Below, piece by piece: positions 1-8,899 of a stretch of DNA of 37,561 nt. The DNA is taken from the IMG/VR virus record IMGVR_UViG_3300043415_000050, positions 1-37,561 of that record. The stretch is one strand, 5' to 3'. The stretch's first letter is position 1. Every line of letters begins with the position of its first letter. A program made the position numbers and the translations under genes. Under the pieces are notes generated by a model, which saw only the letters and a program-made list of their open reading frames with translations, was not told where the DNA came from and searched no databases. Source of the stretch: a virus (lineage: Duplodnaviria > Caudoviricetes).

Positions 1-309
1 ACGCAATGTTCTGGGCATAGCTTGCGGCTGAACCTGAGTTGCCAGAGATAATGGCAGCGGTTCCTGATGGGATCGTTCCCGTAGAACTGGTGACATTCTG
101 GAACTGACCAGAGAAAATGGGGTTAGGATACACTGGCACAGTCGTAGATGACGCGGCCACATCTGCGGTCACGACAAAATTACGGAGAACACCAGTTGAT
201 TGCCTGTTCTGAGGGTTCACGGCATAAACGCCAGGAATCTGGAACACAGTGCCTTTAGTAATGGTTCCGCTGGTGCTGCTGACAGCAAGGTTAAAGCCAG
301 TGCTGGCGT
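1..309. repeat. Terminal direct repeat / circular overlap, left copy
   Basis: Identical to 37253-37561 except at positions 128, 179 and 257 (A here, G in the right copy). Confidence 0.97.
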
Positions 310-1036
310 TAGTCTGTACGCTAGAACCTGACTGAGCTGAAACAGTAAACGCGGTTGCGGTGCCGGTAGTAAACACGCCAACGTTCTGATCCTGTGCAAA
401 GTTGAAGCCCAGCGTATTGTCGCCAAGTGCGCCTTTCTCGAAGATGCGAGAAATGACACCCTGAGGATTGAACAGGTTGGTAAGACCGCCAACGATCCCG
501 ACTTCGGTCTGTGGATCGACAACAAAGTTGCGCATGTCGTCCATTGGGGCTGCTTCCTGATTCAAACGTGCGCGTGCAGCAAGGATGGCCGCAATAGACT
601 GAGCCTGAGTTGGAGTGCCTGACAGCTGGCCGGGAGTGCCTACCAAATTGTAGACATTATAGAACTGCTGCAACCCGTCATAGTCAATTTTATTGGCTAC
701 GGCTGCGATGGCTGGCTTCAGAAATCTATCTGAAAAATCAGAGATATTGAGCGTTAAGTCCTGGGTAGAAAAAGCCATATCCACGCCGAATTGTGTTGTC
801 AACGTGAGGGGCGTGAATGTTTCAACACTTGATTCTACCTGCAACGCTGGGCCGGTACGACCTACATAACGTGGAGGCAGGCGCAAATTTGTCGTGGTTC
901 CGATTTTCGCCCCTTCAATGGCAAAACGGTTGTCATACTGGCGATTGATAGAGCGGGCAAAAACGCAGTTATTGATGAGGACACGAAGGGCCTCATTCGT
1001 AATATCCGAAATTGTCAAAAGTGTATTAGTGGTCAT
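1..1036 (-). CDS. Major capsid protein, P22 gp5-like (5' part; continues across the overlap to the stop at 37047, 413 aa in total)
   Basis: ATG at 1036 after GGAG. Translates MTTNTLLTISDITNEALRVLINNCVFARSINRQYDNRFAIEGAKIGTT..., typical of P22 coat proteins. The frame is open to the window edge and joins ORF 37047..37499. Missing from the ORF track because it is split. Confidence 0.92.
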   Translation of the reverse strand, partial: MTTNTLLTISDITNEALRVLINNCVFARSINRQYDNRFAIEGAKIGTTTNLRLPPRYVGRTGPALQVESSVETFTPLTLTTQFGVDMAFSTQDLTLNISDFSDRFLKPAIAAVANKIDYDGLQQFYNVYNLVGTPGQLSGTPTQAQSIAAILAARARLNQEAAPMDDMRNFVVDPQTEVGIVGGLTNLFNPQGVISRIFEKGALGDNTLGFNFAQDQNVGVFTTGTATAFTVSAQSGSSVQTNASTGFNLAVSSTSGTITKGTVFQIPGVYAVNPQNRQSTGVLRNFVVTADVAASSTTVPVYPNPIFSGQFQNVTSSTGTIPSGTAAIISGNSGSAASYAQNIA

Positions 1037-1166
1037 CTTTATTGCTCCAAAAGAAAGAAAAAAGGGTATTAGCCTTGATTGTTTCCCCTGGTGGGAGCCT
1101 ATCCCATGATTGACCGGGTACTGCCTGACTGACCAGACCGGCTAGAGACTGGTAGACGTGCAGGTC

Positions 1167-1751
1167 TTATATCATGTCTGATCGTTTTTTGCTAATAGTT
1201 TCTGCAAATGTTGCGCGTCTTTTTTCGTTTGATTCTGGCGTGTGTTTTTTGCCTTTCATGCCTGCATTTGGGTTGGTTGCGTGCCACAATCTCAGTGATT
1301 CGCGCCGCTTTTGTTTAGTTTCTTCCGATTGTGTTTTGCCTTTTCTGGCTTCAGTCATTTTCTGTTTTGTTTCGTCGCTGGCCTTTTTGCCAAGCTGACA
1401 TTCCCTCATCTTTGGCGTTGACAGTCCTTTTTTTGCCGCGCTCAGCTTTAACCGCGTTTCTTCGGTGTGAACCATGCCTGACGCGCCTTCTCCACCATCA
1501 GTCATGTTGACCAACTCTGCGCCGGATTCCCGTAACTGCTTGATGTAGATTTTTTCCAGGTCAAACGCTGCCTGCTCTGACTCGCAGTTGACGATCTGGA
1601 TTCTGATGTTTGCCGCACCGTATTTCTGCACAATGTTTTTGTGCCAGACGGTACGCTTTGAGAATTGATATGCGCGGTTGCCATGCCCTTTCCCGACGTA
1701 AAAAATCGAGCCATCTGGCTTGGCGTGCGTGTAGACGTAAAACTGTTTCAT
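1167..1751 (-). CDS. Free-standing GIY-YIG homing endonuclease with NUMOD3 repeats
   Basis: FYVY...FYVGKG...R, conserved E and N-x-T-x-GGEG, then repeated (H/S)xEETKxKxS NUMOD3-type motifs. Confidence 0.88.
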   Translation of the reverse strand: MKQFYVYTHAKPDGSIFYVGKGHGNRAYQFSKRTVWHKNIVQKYGAANIRIQIVNCESEQAAFDLEKIYIKQLRESGAELVNMTDGGEGASGMVHTEETRLKLSAAKKGLSTPKMRECQLGKKASDETKQKMTEARKGKTQSEETKQKRRESLRLWHATNPNAGMKGKKHTPESNEKRRATFAETISKKRSDMI

Positions 1752-1777
1752 GACTTGGCTCCAGTGTAGAGTAGTGA

Positions 1778-1846
1778 TGTAGGGCGCGGCTGGTTAGCTC
1801 ACTACACTAACCGGAGTTTCGAACCTCCTGCCGCGCTTACATTATA
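1778..1846 (-). ncRNA. Three-way-junction RNA (c4-antisense-like), copy A, with TATAAT -10 box
   Basis: TATAAT at 1846-1841. Closing stem GCGCGGC/GCCGCGC, hairpins GGAG-GTTCGAAA-CTCC and GGTTAG-TGTAGTGAG-CTAACC. Confidence 0.7.
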
Positions 1847-1849
1847 CCG

Positions 1850-2689
1850 CTATCGCTTGTATCTGGCTTCTTTTGCCTTGCGTTCTTCAGCGTTTCTGGC
1901 GGCAATAAACTCAGCCGTGGTCATTTCGCTGTACGCTTTCTTATTGCCGACACTAGCACTCGTCCCATGCAGCGGCTTAATCGGCTGCGGTGCTTTGCTA
2001 GTCGTTGGCGTGCCATTGATGATCTGCGCCAGCTTCATTCCGGCAGCAATCGGCGGCAGTCGTGCAATTTCATACGCCAGTTCCGGATTCTTTCCCAGCT
2101 GGTAGGCAATCATCGGGCCGTTATCCAGTTCCAGCACTGCCTGCCGGATGGTGGGATTTTGCGCCAGATTCGGGTCAGACGTAATCGTTTCAATCACCGC
2201 ATCATAGTCGGAGAACTGCTGCCTTGCCGCGTTCTCAGCATTGGCAATCCGCTGCTGTGTCTGCTGCTGGCGCTGATATTCCTCGCGCTGCTGCCATTCC
2301 TGTGCAATAGCCTGCCGCGCTTCCAGTACAGCTGACTGCTTGTTGTACTGGAACATGTCCTGCACATAACGCGGATCATAAACGCCGCCGCTGTATTGAT
2401 TAGGGTCAGGCGGTTGTATCTGCTGTTGCTGTGGCGCCTGTTCCTGTGGTGCTGCATACCGTTCCAGCATGGCCTGCTGAGTCGCCAGCGCTTTTTCTAG
2501 TCGCTCAGCCTGACGCCTAGCCTCATGTTTTTCGCGTGTCAGCTCATCGATGCGCCGACGATACCAAGGGTCTTTTTCCTTCGGCTGTTCCTCAGTTTCT
2601 TCAACTGCTTCCGGTGCTTCCGCTTCCGTCTGATCTGATACAGCCTCAACTGCATCAGGCGTCTGCATTTCTGCTATTTCTTCGCTCAT
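1850..2689 (-). CDS. Capsid scaffolding protein
   Basis: Acidic N-terminus, RRRIDELTREK coiled coil and basic C-terminus. Located between portal and capsid. Confidence 0.8.
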   Translation of the reverse strand: MSEEIAEMQTPDAVEAVSDQTEAEAPEAVEETEEQPKEKDPWYRRRIDELTREKHEARRQAERLEKALATQQAMLERYAAPQEQAPQQQQIQPPDPNQYSGGVYDPRYVQDMFQYNKQSAVLEARQAIAQEWQQREEYQRQQQTQQRIANAENAARQQFSDYDAVIETITSDPNLAQNPTIRQAVLELDNGPMIAYQLGKNPELAYEIARLPPIAAGMKLAQIINGTPTTSKAPQPIKPLHGTSASVGNKKAYSEMTTAEFIAARNAEERKAKEARYKR

Positions 2690-2697
2690 AATCGCCC

Positions 2698-4854
2698 CTA
2701 TGATTGCACGGGTTTAGACTCCCCGGTGAGTGCATTGACGTCCGGCTGGCGCGTCATGCTGCCAGCCCCTCTTGCCGCCGGTGCTTGGGGTCTTGCCCCG
2801 CCAGCGGATTGCATTTCGGGTTGAGTCATCGCCTGCGCTTCCATCGCTTCCAGCTCGTCACCCGTCTCCATCGCTTCCGTGCTGCCTGCCTGCATCATCA
2901 TCAGCAGGTTTTCACGGACAGCCGCCTGTAGCTGCGTGTCCGTCATCATGACCTTGCCTTCAACTTCCATGCGTTTCGTCTGGCTGTCGTACCATTCCCG
3001 TTCAACGCGCTGGATTTCCAGCATACGCTGATCGCGCAGACCTTGTATCTCGGCTGACATGTGTTCCATCTGGCCGGCCAGCTGCTCCATTTGCTGCTGA
3101 GCCTGGACAACCTCTGGTGGCACTTTGTCGCCGTTCTGCGCCTGTGGCTGGAGGTTTGGTGGCAGCATTAACTGCAAACGTCTGGCAATTTCCTCAGCGC
3201 CCGGCCAGTCCATATTCTTCACCATCAAGTCGCCGATGATTTGGAACAGCGCTGGGTTGGCCTGCGTCAACGCCAGCATCATCTGGGCTGATTCATCGCG
3301 TTTGGTGGCGTAAGACGGGCCGCTATCGCAAACTACATCGTACCGGCCAATAGTCGGATTGTAGATCGATTCAATGCCGGGATTATCAGTGTACGCGCTG
3401 GCCTGCGGCAGATTCGGATCAAGCCTGACAGACCGCGCTGCACCGTCCTCGCCGATAATGCGGGCAATGCGGGGCCGGTCGTAAACGTGCGGAATCATGT
3501 CAAGAATGACGCGGCCAACCTGCCGGATGGAACGTGACAGATTGTCTTGGAAATGGAAGATAGCGGTGTCTGCCTGCTTCTGTCTGAGCGCCAGCGCACG
3601 GCCAGACGTTTCGTTACTCTGATCGCCCAGCGATGGCTGATAGATGCCCATTGATTGCATGATGTCGTTTTCAGCCAGCTGGACAGCCTGCATGATTGCG
3701 CTGGATGCCTGCGGAGGCTGGGCGCGCTGTGGTGGGCCTACTGGCGTGCCGGCAATGCTGACGGGGTCATATTCAAGATATGCAAGGGTTGCCTTGTTCG
3801 CCATTCCCCAATTCGGATCGGTCTCAAACTGCCCAGCCACGCCGATGAATGGCGCTTTCGGTGCGAGTGCCACGTTCTCAGCGTTTGCTGACAGGTAATA
3901 GTTGTACAGGCGCTGGGCATCCTTGGCATTGCGCACCAGACCGGACAGGTAGCGCCTGCCCTGTAGCCACAATTCCTGCCCGATGACGGGAATGACTGGA
4001 ATGTAACAGGTAGGAATTTCGGTGCGTTCTAGCACCTTGTCGCCAGTCACTTTGCACCACATGCAGCGTTTAACGTCGGCAATCCTGACGCGCATCGGAT
4101 CAGCAGGGTCTACAATCTCGCGCTGCTCGTGTTCGATGTAATAGTATTCAGCAACGCGCACTGAGTCGGTCGTGTACCAGCCCTGAGCATCGCCGTTCCC
4201 AGCTGTGGCAAAACTGGTCATGTCAACGTCAGGGTAAAGGCGATTGAACTCGTCCTTGCTGACTTCTTCAGCGATGATGCACCATTCGGCATCCGATCCG
4301 TCAGGCGCATGACTGTGTGGGTCGTAATAGACCTTTAGCGGGTCGGGTATGCGGTCGATGTAGATTTCCTGATCCCACCCGTCACTGTCTGCCCAGTCAT
4401 TCCTAATGCGAATGTACCCGATGCCGGCATCTACCGACCATTCAATAGCCGTGTCATAAGCAATGCTGGCGTTCGAGTTGTCCTGAATGTGCCGGACAAT
4501 ACCCATCAGCACTTCGGCGGTTTTTTGATCGGCTTCGTCGTTGGCCGGACGATAGCGCACACTGGGCGTGTTTTGTCGAATCTGATTGACCACGCGGTTA
4601 CGGAATTGCAGCAGCCTGTTCACGACAAGCATGGGGCGCTCTTGGCCTGGGCGGTTGCGATCGCTGCGGGCAATTTGACTCCATTGATCTCCAAGCCGCG
4701 CAAACTTGATGTCATCTAACATCAATTCGCGATTAGCTGACTCGGCCTCCATCGCAAGATCAAACTTCTTGCGGATCTCGCGCAGCATGTCGTCATCGAA
4801 ATTGCCGGTATCGTCATCGTCTGACGGTGCAGCAGTGGTGATTAGATTGTCCAT
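2698..4854 (-). CDS. Portal protein, P22 gp1-like
   Basis: GDQW, RPMLVVNRL, GLVRNAKDAQRLYNY and NETSGRAL motifs plus a C-terminal coiled-coil barrel. Start moved to ATG 4854 (GGAG upstream). Confidence 0.93.
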   Translation of the reverse strand: MDNLITTAAPSDDDDTGNFDDDMLREIRKKFDLAMEAESANRELMLDDIKFARLGDQWSQIARSDRNRPGQERPMLVVNRLLQFRNRVVNQIRQNTPSVRYRPANDEADQKTAEVLMGIVRHIQDNSNASIAYDTAIEWSVDAGIGYIRIRNDWADSDGWDQEIYIDRIPDPLKVYYDPHSHAPDGSDAEWCIIAEEVSKDEFNRLYPDVDMTSFATAGNGDAQGWYTTDSVRVAEYYYIEHEQREIVDPADPMRVRIADVKRCMWCKVTGDKVLERTEIPTCYIPVIPVIGQELWLQGRRYLSGLVRNAKDAQRLYNYYLSANAENVALAPKAPFIGVAGQFETDPNWGMANKATLAYLEYDPVSIAGTPVGPPQRAQPPQASSAIMQAVQLAENDIMQSMGIYQPSLGDQSNETSGRALALRQKQADTAIFHFQDNLSRSIRQVGRVILDMIPHVYDRPRIARIIGEDGAARSVRLDPNLPQASAYTDNPGIESIYNPTIGRYDVVCDSGPSYATKRDESAQMMLALTQANPALFQIIGDLMVKNMDWPGAEEIARRLQLMLPPNLQPQAQNGDKVPPEVVQAQQQMEQLAGQMEHMSAEIQGLRDQRMLEIQRVEREWYDSQTKRMEVEGKVMMTDTQLQAAVRENLLMMMQAGSTEAMETGDELEAMEAQAMTQPEMQSAGGARPQAPAARGAGSMTRQPDVNALTGESKPVQS

Positions 4855-4864
4855 AGTTACTCCG

Positions 4865-6127
4865 TCAGAATGATTGCCAGCTTCCGGCACGTTGCGCAGT
4901 ATTATCACGCCTTGTCCGCTGATTGTCATTTTTCATGCCGTCGATGGCGGTTGCAAGGTAGCGGAAGGCGTCAGCTCCGTGTGAAAACTCATCGTGCAGC
5001 GGCTTGCCTGCCGTGTCAGTCTTAGCGTTAATCGCACGGCGGTAACGCTTCAAACACTCTTGCAAGCGTGCAGTCTTGGCCTTGTCCATCCAGACACGCG
5101 GGAACAGCATCCTGGCTGCCCTAATGCCGCCCTCAACGTCACCAATGGGAACTATCTCGGTATTCCAGCCCATCGATTTCATGATTTCATCAGCAGAATG
5201 GCCGGTTCGGTAGTCTTTCACAACAGCGTCGTGCGGCAGGTAGAGCGTTCCCCAGTTGTAGTTTTTCTGCCTGAGCAGGTTGGAGTACCAGTCCAGCGTC
5301 ATATGCGACTCTTCCACATAGTCGATGATTCTGCACTCTGAGCCAGCTCGCTGGACAATGATAATCGCCATCGAGTCTGCCCACCCCAGATCGAACACGG
5401 CGTGCGCTTTCAGCTTTGGGTCGTGCGTGACTGCCGTAATCCGGCCATCGTCAAACATGGTTTGATACTCGCCAGCATAGATTGCGCCATCCACCACTGA
5501 CTTGGGTTTGCCTTCCCAGATGTTGTCGTACTGATCCGGCATGGTTTTGAGGCAGTGTTCACGCTCACGGTCGAGAACATCGGGGAACCACGGATTGTCA
5601 CGCCAGTTGATCGCAATCACCAGACTGTCAGGCGGCGTGTTTACAATGAAACGCTGGTAAGTTGGGTCGGTGTCTAGGTCAGGGTTGAGCGTGAGCCATA
5701 TTTCTGACTCAGGCTTGCGGATCGTTGGCGTAAGGATTGCCCAGGATTTGTCTGATACGGACTGGGCTTCCTCTATCCATACCTTGTCCATACCCTCAAA
5801 ACTTTTGATTGACTCAACACTGTGCATAGCAAGACCAGCAAACGAAAACAAACTGCCGTTCTTGCCGCGTATCTCAGTCTCCAGCACTTCGTAAAACTGC
5901 CCAAGCCCTAACGCCTGTATCTGATCCGTCAGGAGCTGATGCACTGATTGCTTAATAGACTTCTGGATCTCTCGAGCGCACAAAATGCGCAGCGGTTTCG
6001 ATGCGGCAAGGATCAGCAGCGCACGAGCCACTGCCCATGACTTGCCGGAGCCTCTACCGCCGTGCAGGACTTTGTAGCGGTAGGGCTGGAAGATAGGCTT
6101 GAGCTTGGCGGGGAATTGGGCGTTCAT
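4865..6127 (-). CDS. terL: Terminase large subunit (PBSX-type)
   Basis: Walker A GGRGSGKS, Walker B WIEEAQ, and RNase H-like FDLG...D and HGADAFRY motifs. Confidence 0.96.
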   Translation of the reverse strand: MNAQFPAKLKPIFQPYRYKVLHGGRGSGKSWAVARALLILAASKPLRILCAREIQKSIKQSVHQLLTDQIQALGLGQFYEVLETEIRGKNGSLFSFAGLAMHSVESIKSFEGMDKVWIEEAQSVSDKSWAILTPTIRKPESEIWLTLNPDLDTDPTYQRFIVNTPPDSLVIAINWRDNPWFPDVLDREREHCLKTMPDQYDNIWEGKPKSVVDGAIYAGEYQTMFDDGRITAVTHDPKLKAHAVFDLGWADSMAIIIVQRAGSECRIIDYVEESHMTLDWYSNLLRQKNYNWGTLYLPHDAVVKDYRTGHSADEIMKSMGWNTEIVPIGDVEGGIRAARMLFPRVWMDKAKTARLQECLKRYRRAINAKTDTAGKPLHDEFSHGADAFRYLATAIDGMKNDNQRTRRDNTAQRAGSWQSF

Positions 6128-6129
6128 GT

Positions 6130-6546
6130 TTATAATCCAAACACCACAATGGCACTTGGAAATGGCGCGGCATTTTTACACCCACCAAACTTGATTCGCC
6201 CACGAATAAACACAACATGTCCTTTCATAACATAGTCATGCCACCATGCCGTATCAGTCCTAGCTGGAAGCAGACACACAATTAAAGCGCCGGCAAGAGA
6301 GGATTGATAAGCCTTTTTAACCCATTGACCAATGTTTCTGCCATAAGGCGGGTTCATCCAGCAGCGCCCTGTCCACTCTTGTGCTAATCCATTTTGTTCT
6401 GGCGTGTAGTAGTTCAAACATTTTGCATTTTCAGCAATAGCGCAGACGTCAGTTTGAAATTGATAGATGGCGTTGTATTTATCAAACAGATATTGAGGCG
6501 TGTACCACATGTCTGTTTTACTGCTAAACATGAGATCAGTGTTCAC
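6130..6546 (-). CDS. Phage DNA N6-adenine methyltransferase (phage Dam family)
   Basis: WYTPQ, DVCA, NGLAQEW, MNPPY, LLPARTDTAWW and GRIKF motifs. The GTG start overlaps the upstream TGA (alternative ATG at 6531). Confidence 0.9.
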   Translation of the reverse strand: MNTDLMFSSKTDMWYTPQYLFDKYNAIYQFQTDVCAIAENAKCLNYYTPEQNGLAQEWTGRCWMNPPYGRNIGQWVKKAYQSSLAGALIVCLLPARTDTAWWHDYVMKGHVVFIRGRIKFGGCKNAAPFPSAIVVFGL

Positions 6547-6701
6547 TGTCTCACGCCGCGCAACTTGCACTCACCCACTGCTTTAGCCGCTGGCTTCCCG
6601 AAATGACAGCACCAAGCGTTGTACTGCGCCAGATGTTTCGCTGGCGCCTTGCGTCCGGCGTTGTGGAAGCTGGGGCAGGATTGGCAGTGGGTGGGTTTCA
6701 T
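6543..6701 (-). CDS. Small Cys-rich protein (52 aa)
   Basis: MKPTHCQSCPSF...WCCHF...GECK. Fills the gap and is coupled to the MTase by a GTGA overlap. Confidence 0.6.
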   Translation of the reverse strand: MKPTHCQSCPSFHNAGRKAPAKHLAQYNAWCCHFGKPAAKAVGECKLRGVRQ

Positions 6702-6723
6702 TGGTTTGTGGAGTCCAGATGGC

Positions 6724-7044
6724 TCACTCAGGCTCCACAAACGAAATGCTGATTGAGTGATTGACGGGGCCGCCGTTAGGCCCTGACACAGTTGTGTCCG
6801 TCCTTGCAAGTTTTGGGACGTGGTATTCGATGACGGATTGAAACAGCTGAAACGCTTTTTCTGGGTTATCAACTGCAACCTTATCAAGCCATTCAGCAAG
6901 ACGATGCGCATTGCCGTCCACAAAATCAGCAATAGCCGCCCGTGCATCAGCAGTCGAGCGATTAACAGACCCTTTTGGCCTTCCTTTGCCAGCGTTGGTT
7001 AGATTTTCTGGAGCGCCTCCCGGCTTACCCCTTGCTCCTGCCAT
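6724..7044 (-). CDS. terS: Probable terminase small subunit
   Basis: N-terminal GRPKG motif and C-terminal SGPNGGPV-beta tail typical of TerS. Upstream of terL. Confidence 0.7.
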   Translation of the reverse strand: MAGARGKPGGAPENLTNAGKGRPKGSVNRSTADARAAIADFVDGNAHRLAEWLDKVAVDNPEKAFQLFQSVIEYHVPKLARTDTTVSGPNGGPVNHSISISFVEPE

Positions 7045-7071
7045 GATCCTTGTACCCCGTCAGTAAATTAT

Positions 7072-7341
7072 TTACTGCTCCATCTCCACACACTCGCCAA
7101 GCAGTGCGGCGTATCCAGCAAGGTCAATGTAATCATCTGCATGAAACTTTCCCTGCAACCCTCTTGCCAGCTTCAGCGCCACCATCAACCGCCATCCGTC
7201 AGTTTCACTTAACGGTATGCGTGACATGGCATTGTAAATCTTGACAGCCCTCGCCATGCTCCGTTCTGAATCCTGATCGCGTATCGCCGCTCGATTCTTC
7301 AGCGCGTCGAGTGCTTCCTGTAGAAATTCCTCGGCTCTCAT
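7072..7341 (-). CDS. DUF6378-like helical phage protein
   Basis: MVALKLAR...HADDYIDLAGYAAL signature. Confidence 0.75.
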   Translation of the reverse strand: MRAEEFLQEALDALKNRAAIRDQDSERSMARAVKIYNAMSRIPLSETDGWRLMVALKLARGLQGKFHADDYIDLAGYAALLGECVEMEQ

Positions 7342-7574
7342 GTTTCATCTTTGTTTTTAGTAATGACGCTAATTTCAATTTCGTACTGGTTGCCGTGTTT
7401 GTCCTCCACAACGCGGACAGCTCCAGGTGGCGCCCAATCCATCAGCGCCGCGATAAAAGCGCTTGTGCAATCCACCTTGCTAGACCACAAAGAATCGTCT
7501 TTTTTGCTCACGGTGCCAATGTAAATTCTGTCTGTCAGCGGTGAAGCGCCGATGTGAATGTCGTTAAGTTTCAT
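7338..7574 (-). CDS. Hypothetical phage protein
   Basis: 78-aa ORF with ATGA coupling to the next gene. Confidence 0.7.
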   Translation of the reverse strand: MKLNDIHIGASPLTDRIYIGTVSKKDDSLWSSKVDCTSAFIAALMDWAPPGAVRVVEDKHGNQYEIEISVITKNKDET

Positions 7575-7615
7575 TTTTTATCCCTAAATCCGCCACGGCG
7601 CAGGTGAATGTTTGT

Positions 7616-7813
7616 TCATGTTCGCTCCACAAGCAGCTTAAACGCATGGTGCCGCGCTCTGGCCAGCTCCATCCCGCCGAGCGTCAGACGGTTCACTGTT
7701 TCCAAGAACTCATCAATCGCCTGATCGGATGGCATCGACATTCTGGCCGCTGCAACGGAATCGTATAACCAGCGTTCATCATGCTCCATTGCTGTCGTTG
7801 ATCCGGCCATCAC
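7616..7813 (-). CDS. Hypothetical protein
   Basis: Coupled to the upstream HNH gene. Start uncertain. Confidence 0.6.
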   Translation of the reverse strand: MMAGSTTAMEHDERWLYDSVAAARMSMPSDQAIDEFLETVNRLTLGGMELARARHHAFKLLVERT

Positions 7814-8289
7814 AGCGCACCTTGTGCTTGACTCAATGAGTCAAAATACTGAGCTGGCCGACCAGGAATGTCAACACGGTATTGTCCGCGGCGTTCCAGA
7901 AAAGTGACGTTTGGCGGCAGTTTGGCTACTGGTTCGTTTTTAACGCGCCTGTTTAGTTTGATTGTTCCGGCTTCCAAGTAATCGCGCGCAAGCGTAAGGT
8001 TATCAATGCAATCGTTGAACTTGTCATCGTCCATGTGCTGGATGTAACCAGGCGGCCATGCTTGATGTTCAATCAGCCAGACAAGGCGGTATCTGGCAAC
8101 ATTGGCGCCAGCGACGTAGATGAGATAACAGTTGTTTGATTTGCTGACACTGCCAGCTTCGGCGCCGACCTTGCGGGGCGTGCCGTGATTGCGGCGTGCG
8201 TGATAGAACCGTCCTGTCTTGCGGTCGTATGTGTAGCGTTCTGTGACGTAGGACAGAATGTCCTGTATGGTCATTGTTGTGTATCTCAT
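7810..8289 (-). CDS. Divergent HNH endonuclease-like protein
   Basis: YDRKTGRF, RLVWLIEHQAWPPGYIQHMDDDKFNDCIDNL, and a degenerate AP2-like tail. Confidence 0.7.
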   Translation of the reverse strand: MRYTTMTIQDILSYVTERYTYDRKTGRFYHARRNHGTPRKVGAEAGSVSKSNNCYLIYVAGANVARYRLVWLIEHQAWPPGYIQHMDDDKFNDCIDNLTLARDYLEAGTIKLNRRVKNEPVAKLPPNVTFLERRGQYRVDIPGRPAQYFDSLSQAQGAL

Positions 8290-8813
8290 GCAGCCACCTG
8301 CTTTCTAGGCACCGGCTGGAACGTGTGCAGGTCTGCTTTGGCAGCAAGGTAAGCAGCGTGGGCGGCTTCTGGTGTTGCGAACAGGCCAAGAGAACGATAT
8401 TTGCCGTTAAGCTTTATTCTTGCTTGCCATTTGTTTTCTTTTTTGCGCCAATTAACGCCAGTAAAGCCTGAAGTATTATCGCTTCTCAATTTGCGTGTTT
8501 GAGCGTTTTCTGCGCTAGTGGCTTCACGCAAATTATCAATGCAATTATTTAAACCGTCGCCATCAATATGGCTTACATGATTTGCAGGCCAAGCGCCGTA
8601 AACATACAGCCAAGCCAGCCTGTTAGCATAATAATTCTTGCCGTTAATGATTATTCTTCTGCATTGACGTTGGCCGTTGTTTTTCACCAAAACCTGACCA
8701 GCAACGCTTCCGGCTTTTAGCCCGCCACGGTCAAAGCGCCAAGTAAACACGCCAGTGGTGGGGTTGTAGTGCAGAAGTTCGCGGAGCTGTTCCGCGGTAA
8801 GAACGTTGTTCAT
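8286..8813 (-). CDS. HNH homing endonuclease with C-terminal AP2 domain
   Basis: LHYNPTTGVFTW, RLAWLYVYGAWP..HIDGDGLNNCIDNLREAT, and NTSGFTGV..KWQARI..LGLFATPEAAHAAY. ATG at 8813 after GAGGGAG. Confidence 0.9.
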   Translation of the reverse strand: MNNVLTAEQLRELLHYNPTTGVFTWRFDRGGLKAGSVAGQVLVKNNGQRQCRRIIINGKNYYANRLAWLYVYGAWPANHVSHIDGDGLNNCIDNLREATSAENAQTRKLRSDNTSGFTGVNWRKKENKWQARIKLNGKYRSLGLFATPEAAHAAYLAAKADLHTFQPVPRKQVAA

Positions 8814-8841
8814 GATTGCTCCCTCAGCCCCTATGAGTGGT

Positions 8842-8894
8842 TGTGGCAATGGAAATAGGGTTTTTCCATGTTCGGCTTCGAATACCTAGCCACA
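8842..8894 (-). ncRNA. Three-way-junction RNA (c4-antisense-like), copy B
   Basis: Closing stem TGTGGC/GCCACA, hairpins GGT-ATTCGAA-GCC and ATGGAAA-AACCCTA-TTTCCAT. Confidence 0.68.
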
Positions 8895-8899
8895 GGGTC

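Noticed and set aside
1-309. Diversity-generating retroelement TR/VR pair (differences only at adenines)
   Set aside because: No reverse transcriptase is present, all changes are synonymous, and the copies are exactly the contig ends.
1784-1836. tRNA gene (GGTTCGAA T-loop-like sequence)
   Set aside because: Only two internal arms, ~53 nt long, the T-like arm is 5' rather than 3', and there is no D arm or CCA end.
1037-1849. Group I intron carrying the GIY-YIG ORF
   Set aside because: The flanking scaffold and capsid genes are each complete, the non-coding flanks are too short, and no P7 core is recognisable.
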